NCBI GenBank assembly: GCA_015229005.1
Contig: JADGCL010000001.1
Coordinates: 50,216 to 114,215, forward strand
Direction: 5' to 3'
Source: Magnetococcales bacterium
Lineage (GTDB): Bacteria; Pseudomonadota; Magnetococcia; Magnetococcales; JADGCL01
DNA: 64,000 bases
The notes under the pieces are model-generated. The model saw nothing but the letters and a program-made list of their open reading frames with translations, was not told where the DNA came from and ran no database searches. Positions 26,861 to 34,599 of the stretch are shown piece after piece; the first letter of the stretch is position 1, and the number at the start of each line of letters is the position of its first letter. A program made the translations under genes and the position numbers.

Positions 26861-29800
26861 CGGGAGTGCCTGCGGATGCCGCGGTTCGCGAGAGCGCCAT
26901 CGACCCCAACCGTTCCTTCATCGTCCAGGCCCCGGCGGGATCGGGCAAGACCGGTCTCTTGACCCAGCGATTCCTGGTCCTCCTCACCCGGGTCAGGGTT
27001 CCGGAGGAGGTGGTGGCCATCACCTTCACCCGCAAGGCCGCCGCCGAGATGAAGGGGCGGATCCTCAAGGCCCTGATCGCCGCCGCCGAGGGGGGCGAAC
27101 CTGCGAAGGATCCCTTTTCGCGTCGCCTCCACGAGTTGGCGCTGGCGGTGCTGGCCTGCGACCGCGAACACCAGTGGAACCTTCTCGAAAATCCGGGGCG
27201 CCTCAGGCTCATGACCATGGATGCCCTGAATCTGGCCATCGCCTCACGATTGCCGGTGGTCTCCGGATTCGGTGGTTTCCCCCGCGTGGGGGACGAACAG
27301 GAGATTCTCCCCCTCTACCAGCAGGCCGCCCGTGCCGCCCTCGCCACGGCGATCACCGATAGCCGCTGGGCCCCCGCCGCCGAGCGCCTCCTCGACCACC
27401 TGGACAACGACCTTGCCCGGGTCCAGTCGCTCCTGGCGGAGCTGCTGCCCCGCCGGGATCTCTGGCTTCCGCACGTCGTCCCGCAGGAGGGAGGAGGGGG
27501 GGCCAGGGAGAAGATCGAGGCGACCTTGGCCGCCATTCGTGGTCGTGCCCTGACCGAGGCCAGTGCAGCGTTTCCCGAGGACTACAAGTCCATGGTGCTG
27601 CGCCTGGCCAAACTGGCCGCTCTCCATCTGCAGGCGGAGAGTGCGGGTGAAGCGTCGACCGGTGGCGCTTCGCGGCGGCCATCCTGCCTGGAATCCTGGT
27701 TGGAGGTCTCCCGTTTTCCTGGTCGCCGCCCGGAGGATTTCGAACATTGGCTGGGGCTGGCCAAATGGCTTCTGACCCGGGAGGGAGGCTGGCGCAAGCG
27801 GGTGGATCGGCGCCAGGGATTCCTTCCCCCGTCCGAGGGCCGCTCCGGCCAGGAGAAAGCGATGTTCCGCCAGGTCAGGGAAGATATGCTCGACCTCCTG
27901 GCCAGCCTTGCCCACTATCCGCGGTGCCGTGAGCGCCTTGCGGCCCTGAGAGAGCTGCCCCCGGCCACCTATGATGAGGATTCCTGGTCGATTCTCTCGG
28001 CGCTCGTCGGGATTCTGCCGATGGCGGCGGCGGAGTTGGATCTCCTCTTCGCGGCCCGGGGGATCGTCGACCACCCGCGCCTGGCCATGGCCGCCCGCTT
28101 CGCCCTCGGTCCTCCGGAGGCCCCGACCGATCTGGCCCTGGCGCTCGATCATCGACTGCAACACCTCCTGGTCGACGAGTTCCAGGACACCTCCAAGGGG
28201 CAGTGGCAACTCCTGGAACGGTTGACGGCAGGGTGGGATGGGAGCGATGGCCGGACCCTCTTTCTGGTCGGGGATCCGATGCAGTCGATCTATCGCTTTC
28301 GGGAGGCGGAGGTCGGCCTGTTTCTCCAGGCACGGCGGACGGGTCTGGGGACCATCCCGCTCGGGCCCCTCTCGTTGAGTGTCAACTTCCGTTCCGACGG
28401 GGGGCTCATCGACTGGATCAATCAGGCCTTCGTTCCCCTCTTCCCCGGGGAGGAGGATGCCTTCACCGGCGCGGTTCCCTATTCCCCTTCCGAGGCGTTT
28501 CACGCGGCGGTGGTCGAGGTTCCGGTGACGCTTCATTCGCTGGTGGGGGACGGGGATTCGACCAGAGAGGCGGAATCGGTCCTGGAGGTGGTGACCGAGG
28601 CCCTGGCCCGGGAAGGGGAGAGCATCGCCATTCTGGTCCGTTCGCGCAGCCATCTGGCACAGATCGTCCCGACCCTGACCCGGGCGGGGATCCCCTTTCA
28701 GGCGGTGGAAATCGATTCCCTGGGGCAACGCCCCGAGGTCAGGGATCTCCTGGCCCTGACCCGGGCCTTGCTTCACCCCGCCGACCGGCTGAGCTGGCTT
28801 GCCATTCTCCGCGCCCCCTGGTGCGGCCTCACCTTGAACGAACTCCATGCCCTCGCCGGGCAGGATCACGAGGCGGTCATCGCCGATCTCTGGCGCTCGC
28901 CCCATTGGCTGCGGGGAATGAGCCTTTCCGGGCGTCAGCGCCTTGAGCGGGTGCGAACGATCATCACTGCCGCCCTCGAATCCCACCGACGGGTGCTCCA
29001 CCCTCGCGGCGGGCGGATCCTGCGTCCCTGGATCGAGGGGGTCTGGATCGCCCTGGGGGGGCCGGCCTCGCTCGCCACCCCCAAGGAATTGGAAAATGCC
29101 GAAACCTTCCTCGACCTCCTGGACCAACTGGATGATGGCGGTGAGGTGACCGATTTTCAACGCCTGGAAGCAGGGGTCGAGCGTCTCTTTGCTACCCCCG
29201 AGGCCACTCCCGAGGCGAGTCGCCTCAAGCTCATGACCATTCACAAGGCCAAGGGACTCGAATTCCACACCGTCCTTCTTCCCGGTCTGGGAAGGAGCCC
29301 CAGGGGCGAGAGCAGGGAACTCCTCTCCTGGCTGGAGCCGGTCGAGGCCGATTCCTCGCAATCACCGCTCCTCGCCCCCATTCCCCGGACCGGGGACAAG
29401 GAACCCGAACCGATTGGTGCATTCATCCGGAGTGTTCATAAACGCCGCGCCGCCCACGAATCGGCCCGGCTCTTCTACGTGGCTGCCACCCGTGCCCGCC
29501 GCCACCTCCACCTCTTCGGCAATATCAAAAGCCCGGGTTCCCCCCCCAGGGCGGGTTCGCTTCTGGCGGAGATCTGGAGTGCGGTGGAGGCCGATTTCCG
29601 CCCACTCGATCCCGGAGCCGGATCGGATTGGAATGCGGCGCTCCAGACGGATGGCCGTGAGGAATCGGCAGCCGACGCACTGCTACGCCCCCAACCCGCT
29701 ACCCCACCCCGACCGCTCCTGCGCCTGCCCAACGGCTATCGGTTACCGCCACCGCCACCGCCTCTCCTTGTGGGCCGGGAGACGGTTGCCATCGGCGAAC

Positions 29801-30393
29801 CCACGGAATCGGTGGTCTTCGACTGGGCCGGGGAGGAGGTCCGCCTCGTGGGGATTGTCGTCCACCGCTTCCTCAAGATCATTGCCGAGGAGGGGATCGA
29901 CCAGTGGACCCCCAAACGGATCGAAGCTGCGCACGGGCTTTTTCGGGCGCAGCTGACCCATCTCGGGCTTGCCGACGTTCGGGCGGAGGCGAGGGGCGAG
30001 GCCCGCTCTTCTCTGGGGAATGCCGTTCTGAAGGTTGCACGGGCGCTGCAACTGACCCTGGAAGATCCCAGGGGGAGCTGGATTCTCGATGATCGTCATC
30101 AGGATTGCCACAACGAGTACCCCTTGACTGCGGCCACGCCTGGGGGAATCTCCCGAGTGGTGGTGGATCGGACATTTATCGATACTGACGGAGTGCGATG
30201 GGTGATCGACTACAAAACCGGAATCCACGACGCACGAGAGCGGGAGGCCTTTCTCGACAATGAATTTTTGCGCTATCGGCAACAACTCACCCGCTACGGT
30301 GAGTGGATCCGCCACCTGGAACCGCGGCGGCGCCTCCGCCTGGGGCTCTACTTTCCCATGCTCCAGGGGTGGCGCGAGTGGGCTTTGGAGTAG
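26857..30393 (+). CDS. addA: UvrD/AddA-type helicase-nuclease
   Basis: APAGSGKTGLLTQRF is a Walker A motif. Also present: DEFQDTS, VGDPMQSIYRFR, and a C-terminal VIDYKTG nuclease motif. ATGA overlap with the upstream gene; the track ORF start at 26593 lies inside the previous gene. Confidence 0.8.
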   Translation: MTGVPADAAVRESAIDPNRSFIVQAPAGSGKTGLLTQRFLVLLTRVRVPEEVVAITFTRKAAAEMKGRILKALIAAAEGGEPAKDPFSRRLHELALAVLACDREHQWNLLENPGRLRLMTMDALNLAIASRLPVVSGFGGFPRVGDEQEILPLYQQAARAALATAITDSRWAPAAERLLDHLDNDLARVQSLLAELLPRRDLWLPHVVPQEGGGGAREKIEATLAAIRGRALTEASAAFPEDYKSMVLRLAKLAALHLQAESAGEASTGGASRRPSCLESWLEVSRFPGRRPEDFEHWLGLAKWLLTREGGWRKRVDRRQGFLPPSEGRSGQEKAMFRQVREDMLDLLASLAHYPRCRERLAALRELPPATYDEDSWSILSALVGILPMAAAELDLLFAARGIVDHPRLAMAARFALGPPEAPTDLALALDHRLQHLLVDEFQDTSKGQWQLLERLTAGWDGSDGRTLFLVGDPMQSIYRFREAEVGLFLQARRTGLGTIPLGPLSLSVNFRSDGGLIDWINQAFVPLFPGEEDAFTGAVPYSPSEAFHAAVVEVPVTLHSLVGDGDSTREAESVLEVVTEALAREGESIAILVRSRSHLAQIVPTLTRAGIPFQAVEIDSLGQRPEVRDLLALTRALLHPADRLSWLAILRAPWCGLTLNELHALAGQDHEAVIADLWRSPHWLRGMSLSGRQRLERVRTIITAALESHRRVLHPRGGRILRPWIEGVWIALGGPASLATPKELENAETFLDLLDQLDDGGEVTDFQRLEAGVERLFATPEATPEASRLKLMTIHKAKGLEFHTVLLPGLGRSPRGESRELLSWLEPVEADSSQSPLLAPIPRTGDKEPEPIGAFIRSVHKRRAAHESARLFYVAATRARRHLHLFGNIKSPGSPPRAGSLLAEIWSAVEADFRPLDPGAGSDWNAALQTDGREESAADALLRPQPATPPRPLLRLPNGYRLPPPPPPLLVGRETVAIGEPTESVVFDWAGEEVRLVGIVVHRFLKIIAEEGIDQWTPKRIEAAHGLFRAQLTHLGLADVRAEARGEARSSLGNAVLKVARALQLTLEDPRGSWILDDRHQDCHNEYPLTAATPGGISRVVVDRTFIDTDGVRWVIDYKTGIHDAREREAFLDNEFLRYRQQLTRYGEWIRHLEPRRRLRLGLYFPMLQGWREWALE

Positions 30394-30562
30394 ACAATAT
30401 TATAATACTAGATAATATTAAAAGTGGTTGAGGGAGTCCGATGGGGGGGCGGGGGCGAACCCCCTGAAATAAATGGAATGATATCCATGCCCCTTGAACG
30501 GTTATAAAAAGTCTATAGGTGGTTTTTTCGGCCTCCTGATAAAGCTTCGGACAGGAACGACA

Positions 30563-31204
30563 TCAGGCCATCTCCACGATGGGCGGCAAAGCCAAAAGTG
30601 CTTCCAGTCCACTCTTGAATGCCTGAAAGCTGGAGGAAATGTTATTGCTTGGAACCATGTTTGCGGAAATATTCCTGGCTACATCGTGTTTTGGGAAATG
30701 GTCTTTGAAATATCCTGCCTTTTTCATTTCCCGATGCAGGGCTTCCCAGGTCCCACCCCGTATCGCATCGGGATCCTGGTATTTTTTATTGTTGCCAAAT
30801 GTTGCAGGTATGCGCGGATAGCCCTTCCGGACAGCGTCGATATCACCGAAAAACCAGGCCTCCAATTCCTCGACAACAACCCGGTTGACCACCAGAAAAT
30901 GGCCGTGATAGTCCGGCCTCTTTTTTGTAGCCAGCCCCTTATTGGATGCCATCCGTTCCAGTTTTTCTTTGAGCTCATGGCAGTCTTCTCTATCCCGATC
31001 CACCAGGATCAGTATTCCCAAATCCTTGGTCCGAGCCATGTCTTTGTATCCTTCCAACCGCTGCGAGATGTTCTTCAGGAGTTGGCTTTTTGACCCATGA
31101 TTGATGATTTTCCATTTCGCTCTGTTATCGATTATGCGTGGCAGCAGAGACTGCAACGCTAAGTCCATGGAATGCTCTTCCACATGGCAGAAAATGGTGC
31201 GCAT
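30563..31204 (-). CDS. DUF4276-like protein with Toprim-like acidic motifs (candidate nuclease effector)
   Basis: MRTIFCHVEEHS supplies Glu after strand 1. ILILVDRDRED is a DxD motif, and VVVEELEAWFFGD is also present. AGGAGG lies 7 nt upstream of ATG 31204; the track ORF starts at 31240. Confidence 0.7.
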   Translation of the reverse strand: MRTIFCHVEEHSMDLALQSLLPRIIDNRAKWKIINHGSKSQLLKNISQRLEGYKDMARTKDLGILILVDRDREDCHELKEKLERMASNKGLATKKRPDYHGHFLVVNRVVVEELEAWFFGDIDAVRKGYPRIPATFGNNKKYQDPDAIRGGTWEALHREMKKAGYFKDHFPKHDVARNISANMVPSNNISSSFQAFKSGLEALLALPPIVEMA

Positions 31205-31225
31205 GATCCGACCTCCTGGCAGCCT

Positions 31226-31371
31226 GTTGAAAAAGCCCATCCATGGACTTTTTCAACCCGGGAAGGCAAAACGCGGTTTCGCCTTCCCTCCAAAATTCAA
31301 AGGGTTACACCATCCCGTTGAATTTGGCCGGCCATCCCTGGAAGGCTCTGCCCGTTTATCAACGGGCTGCT
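31226..31371. repeat. structured repeat, copy A (fills the ATPase/DUF4276 spacer)
   Basis: An ungapped hand alignment of 31263-31371 against 54841-54949 gives 79/109 identities, with further similarity to the left. It contains four hairpins, including the 10-bp stem GTTGAAAAAG/CTTTTTCAAC. Confidence 0.65.
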
Positions 31372-32581
31372 AGCGTGGATCGCCCATGTCGAAGTAGCCC
31401 TCCATCCACAGATCGCCCAATTTGGCCCCTTTCCGCATCATCTCCCGGATACCAGGCATGTCCGCCGCTCTTTCAACCCGGGTGTAGCCATTCACGCCAC
31501 GTCCCAACGCCCAGACCTGTTCCGGTTGCATCCCATTGATGAAGAAAGGCGAATGGGTGGTGATCAGCATCTGAGATTGTCCCGATGTTTGATTGCACTC
31601 CTCGGCAAGTTCGATGAGCAACTTGGGATGCAGATAGTTTTCCGGCTCCTCCAGGCCGATCAGCGGTGACGGGTTCGGATCGTTGAGCAGCACCAAATAG
31701 GCCAGCATCTTGAGGGTGCCATCGGAAAGGTATTTAGCCTGGACGCCGGTGGAAAACGGCGCATCCCTGACCTTCAGGAGCAGGTGTCCTGATTCGAGCA
31801 TGTCCGCATCGATTCCCTCCAGGCGTGGCACACGGCGGCGCAAGGTTTCCGTGATCGTATTTAGCCTGTCCGAATGTTGTTCCTTGAGGAACTGGATAAC
31901 GTTGGCCAAGTTGTCGCCGGTTTGCGAGAGCTTTTCCACGGGTCCGGCGTCCGGGATGATACGAGCGGAGTTGGCCGAGAGGTAGGAGAGATGCCAACCG
32001 GTGATGAATTTCTTGAGAGCCATTACCCGGGGATTTTCCCTCAGGTTGCCCAAGGTTCCAACGGCCAGCAGATCTTGCGACCCCAACGATTTTTCAATCC
32101 GGCTATCCTTGAACTCCGGCTTCTCCCCGGAAATGACCTGCCCTTTGCCTTCCTTGAAATTCAGGAAATGAAAGGGTGCTGCCGGTTGCTGGCGTTTCCA
32201 GCGCATCCACTCGTGTGCAACGACAGGCCGCGCCCCTTCCTCCCGTATCTCCAGATGGTAGGTGATCCTGGGATGTTTGATGCCGGAAAAATCCGCATGT
32301 TCCCGATAGGCCAGTTCGATGACGATGTTGCCATCCTGATCCCGACTGCGCAACTCCTTGAAACGACCGCGCTTGTCCCAGGCCCGACGCAAACCTCCCT
32401 CCTGGAAGCATTCGGAAAGAAAGGCAAACACATCGAACACGGTGGATTTGCCACTGCCATTGGCGCCGAGCAAGACGGTCAGGGAGGGTAGACTTTTGAA
32501 AGTCACATCTCGCAGGGCACGATAATTTTTCACCGTCATCCGCTCGATGCGGGATGGAGACTGGTCGTTCTGTTGATTCAT
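31370..32581 (-). CDS. ABC/SMC-like ATPase (AAA_15/AAA_21-type)
   Basis: GANGSGKST is Walker [13 protein letters not shown] is signature-like, [13 protein letters not shown] is Walker B and ITTHSP is the H-loop. GGAGA RBS. Confidence 0.85.
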   Translation of the reverse strand: MNQQNDQSPSRIERMTVKNYRALRDVTFKSLPSLTVLLGANGSGKSTVFDVFAFLSECFQEGGLRRAWDKRGRFKELRSRDQDGNIVIELAYREHADFSGIKHPRITYHLEIREEGARPVVAHEWMRWKRQQPAAPFHFLNFKEGKGQVISGEKPEFKDSRIEKSLGSQDLLAVGTLGNLRENPRVMALKKFITGWHLSYLSANSARIIPDAGPVEKLSQTGDNLANVIQFLKEQHSDRLNTITETLRRRVPRLEGIDADMLESGHLLLKVRDAPFSTGVQAKYLSDGTLKMLAYLVLLNDPNPSPLIGLEEPENYLHPKLLIELAEECNQTSGQSQMLITTHSPFFINGMQPEQVWALGRGVNGYTRVERAADMPGIREMMRKGAKLGDLWMEGYFDMGDPR

Positions 32582-32735
32582 CGGGCATTCTCCACTGCCA
32601 CTCGGGCGTCCCGGACCCGGATCTCACCGGTGATCAGCCTGCGGTGCAATCGGAAACAGCCGGGATGAACGGAAGGGATGGTCGGCTTGGGGAGGGGGTC
32701 GATCACGGGTCGAAACAGGAACGCTGGCCGAGGTC

Positions 32736-33620
32736 TCACTGCTCCGCCCCTTCGGGGGTTCCTGTCCCGGTCGCGGCCCCGCCCCCGACCGCCCCGGCCC
32801 CGGGAAAGACGAACTTTTCACCCCCCATGGAGGGGGTCTTCACAGGGGATTCACCATCAGGGGCGGATCCCTCGGGGAGGGTCCCGGCAACCGGGGCCTT
32901 TTTCGCGGCGCCGGGCACATCCTCGACCTCGGTTGCAGGCACCGACCGGTCACCCTCGACGACGGCCAACCAGGTGATCCGGGCCGATTTGATGCGGTTG
33001 CCGCCGGGAGAGCTCACAACCAAAGAAAAGCCCGACGCATCGACCTGTTCCGCCGCCACCGGGACGAGATGGGATCCTTCTTTTTCCAACTCCAGGGAAC
33101 CGATGCTGAGCAGAATCTTCGGAATTCCCGGCATGGGTCGGGAAAAGGTCACCTGTTTGCGAATCGTGATATTCGCGGCGAACAGATCCGTCATCTTGAG
33201 GGAAAGATCACCTTTGCCGATGACAACCCGCCCCATGCGCAGGAAGGGACCAGTCCGGGCCAAGGAGGCCTCAAGCGCATTCAGGCGTTGTTGCCATTCG
33301 GCGAGATCGCTCGTCCTGCTTTCGATCAGGGCGGCGAGCCTCAGTTCCTGCTCCTGAAGCCGCTGTTCCACGAGTTCCAGGCGTTCCCTCGCCTGGTCCA
33401 ACCGCTCCGCCGAGGATTCACCCGCGACCGTCGACTGGGAGCCGTTGTCACCCGCAATGGAGGAGTTCTCTCTGCCGGGGGAAGGCTCGGGCGACGACGC
33501 TCCCCCCACACCCCTCGTCAGAGGCCAGGGACCGATCCCTGGGACCCCCGGCAAGCCGAACCACAACACCAGCCCGGCAGTCAGCAACGCCAACAGCAAC
33601 AACAGTGGAACACGACGCAT
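32736..33620 (-). CDS. membrane-anchored coiled-coil protein with an H-type-lectin-like C-terminal domain
   Basis: MRRVPLLLLLALLTAGLVLWF is an anchor. ERLELVEQRLQEQELRLAAL is coiled coil. The C-terminus VTFSRPMPGIPKILLSIG...VDASGFSLVV...ITWLAV resembles the lectin pattern. The start could be as far upstream as 33665. Confidence 0.45.
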   Translation of the reverse strand: MRRVPLLLLLALLTAGLVLWFGLPGVPGIGPWPLTRGVGGASSPEPSPGRENSSIAGDNGSQSTVAGESSAERLDQARERLELVEQRLQEQELRLAALIESRTSDLAEWQQRLNALEASLARTGPFLRMGRVVIGKGDLSLKMTDLFAANITIRKQVTFSRPMPGIPKILLSIGSLELEKEGSHLVPVAAEQVDASGFSLVVSSPGGNRIKSARITWLAVVEGDRSVPATEVEDVPGAAKKAPVAGTLPEGSAPDGESPVKTPSMGGEKFVFPGAGAVGGGAATGTGTPEGAEQ

Positions 33621-33783
33621 TCCCCATCCCCCATGATTTCTTCTGATCATTCGGGCTGATCCCAAGCCCCCGCGACGGCCTCACCGAATTTTCTGGATCG
33701 TAGGCATGTTCCGAAACAAGGAACCAGGATTCTCGATCGGATTGACCGATATCAAAACGAGAATCGACAAACACCTCTCCCGC

Positions 33784-34599
33784 TCAGGCGCCCTCCCAGG
33801 ACCACAGGCGACGCCAGAAGGGTGGTTTGTTGGCCTGAATCAGGGTGTCGACGAACTGATCCCATTCCAGGGACATCCGCTCTCCCAGGGAAACAGCCCG
33901 TCTGCGGCAGGATTCAAGGTCACGCCATCCCGTTCGCCGTCCGAAGGCCAGGGCGATTTCATTGCGGGTGTGGGGAACGGGAAGACGCAGCCAGGAACGG
34001 GGAAACACGGCATCGAGGGAGGTCAGCACCTGCGAGCGAAGGGCCTTATTACTTTTCCCCAGGTTGATGCCGATAACTCCCCCGGTTTCAAGCAGGGCGT
34101 GACACCCGGAAATCATCGATCTCCCATAGACCGGGGCAACCATACCGGCCTCGTCAAAGGCATCGATCAGCACCAGGTCGTAGGGCCAGGCGGGCCGTTT
34201 CTGTGCCGCACGAATGAAATGGCACCCATCATCTTTGTGAATGGATAACCTCTCCGTCCGGGGCAAATAAAAAAACTCGTGGCTCGTCCAGATGACCTGG
34301 GGATCGGGCTCCACTACGTCGAGACCCAACGCCGGAAGGTGGTGCAGCAGGTACTTCGCCACGGATCCCCCACCCAATCCGATCATCAATGCCCGGGTCG
34401 GGGAAGGTAGAAACAGGAGCGATGCCATGAGAAAACGGGTATAGGGGAGGACAAGCGCCAGAGGATCATCCAAGGCCATGCGACTTTGGACGCTGTGGCG
34501 GTCGAAATGAAGCGAGCGGAACCCATCGTGGTCGATGACCTCGATGGGGTGTCTGCCCGTCTCCCTTCGATAGATCACTTGGTTCGAGGGGGGGGCCAT
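33784..34599 (-). CDS. spermidine-synthase-like SAM-dependent methyltransferase
   Basis: ALMIGLGGGSVAKYL is a SAM-binding motif. DVVEPDP and LVLIDAFD are also present. Confidence 0.65.
   Translation of the reverse strand: MAPPSNQVIYRRETGRHPIEVIDHDGFRSLHFDRHSVQSRMALDDPLALVLPYTRFLMASLLFLPSPTRALMIGLGGGSVAKYLLHHLPALGLDVVEPDPQVIWTSHEFFYLPRTERLSIHKDDGCHFIRAAQKRPAWPYDLVLIDAFDEAGMVAPVYGRSMISGCHALLETGGVIGINLGKSNKALRSQVLTSLDAVFPRSWLRLPVPHTRNEIALAFGRRTGWRDLESCRRRAVSLGERMSLEWDQFVDTLIQANKPPFWRRLWSWEGA

Larger units (their letters stand above)
30394..32600. other. low-GC islet (probable horizontally acquired two-gene cassette)
   Basis: Hand counts of single 60-nt lines give 27/60 G+C at 30601, 29/60 at 31561 and 30/60 at 32401, against 44/60 at 29701 in the flanking addA-like gene. 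An AT-rich junction lies at 30394-30420. Confidence 0.65.

Noticed and set aside
27244-29361. 705-aa minus-strand ORF, plus similar long antisense ORFs at 35283..37223, 16601..18052, 23969..25501, 44966..46606, 46257..47816, 41210..42808 and 58102..59139
   Set aside because: Each overlaps, on the opposite strand, a gene with strong motif support. Their compositions are dominated by R, P, G and A, as expected for out-of-frame high-GC sequence.
30494-31093. 199-aa plus-strand ORF in the islet
   Set aside because: It is antisense to the DUF4276-like gene, which has an RBS and family-like motifs. Nothing in its sequence is recognisable.
31243-31539. 98-aa plus-strand ORF whose product resembles part of ORF 54791..54988 (RQN.V.P.L.NS.G...LNL.GHP)
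   Set aside because: The resemblance follows automatically from the ungapped DNA repeat. ORF A overlaps the ATPase gene antisense. Neither ORF has an RBS, and the helices with compensatory changes favour an RNA/DNA element.
30394-32600. Calling the low-GC islet a mobile element
   Set aside because: No integrase, transposase, tRNA target or flanking direct repeats could be found. Only compositional evidence exists, so it is reported as an islet and not as a mobile element.
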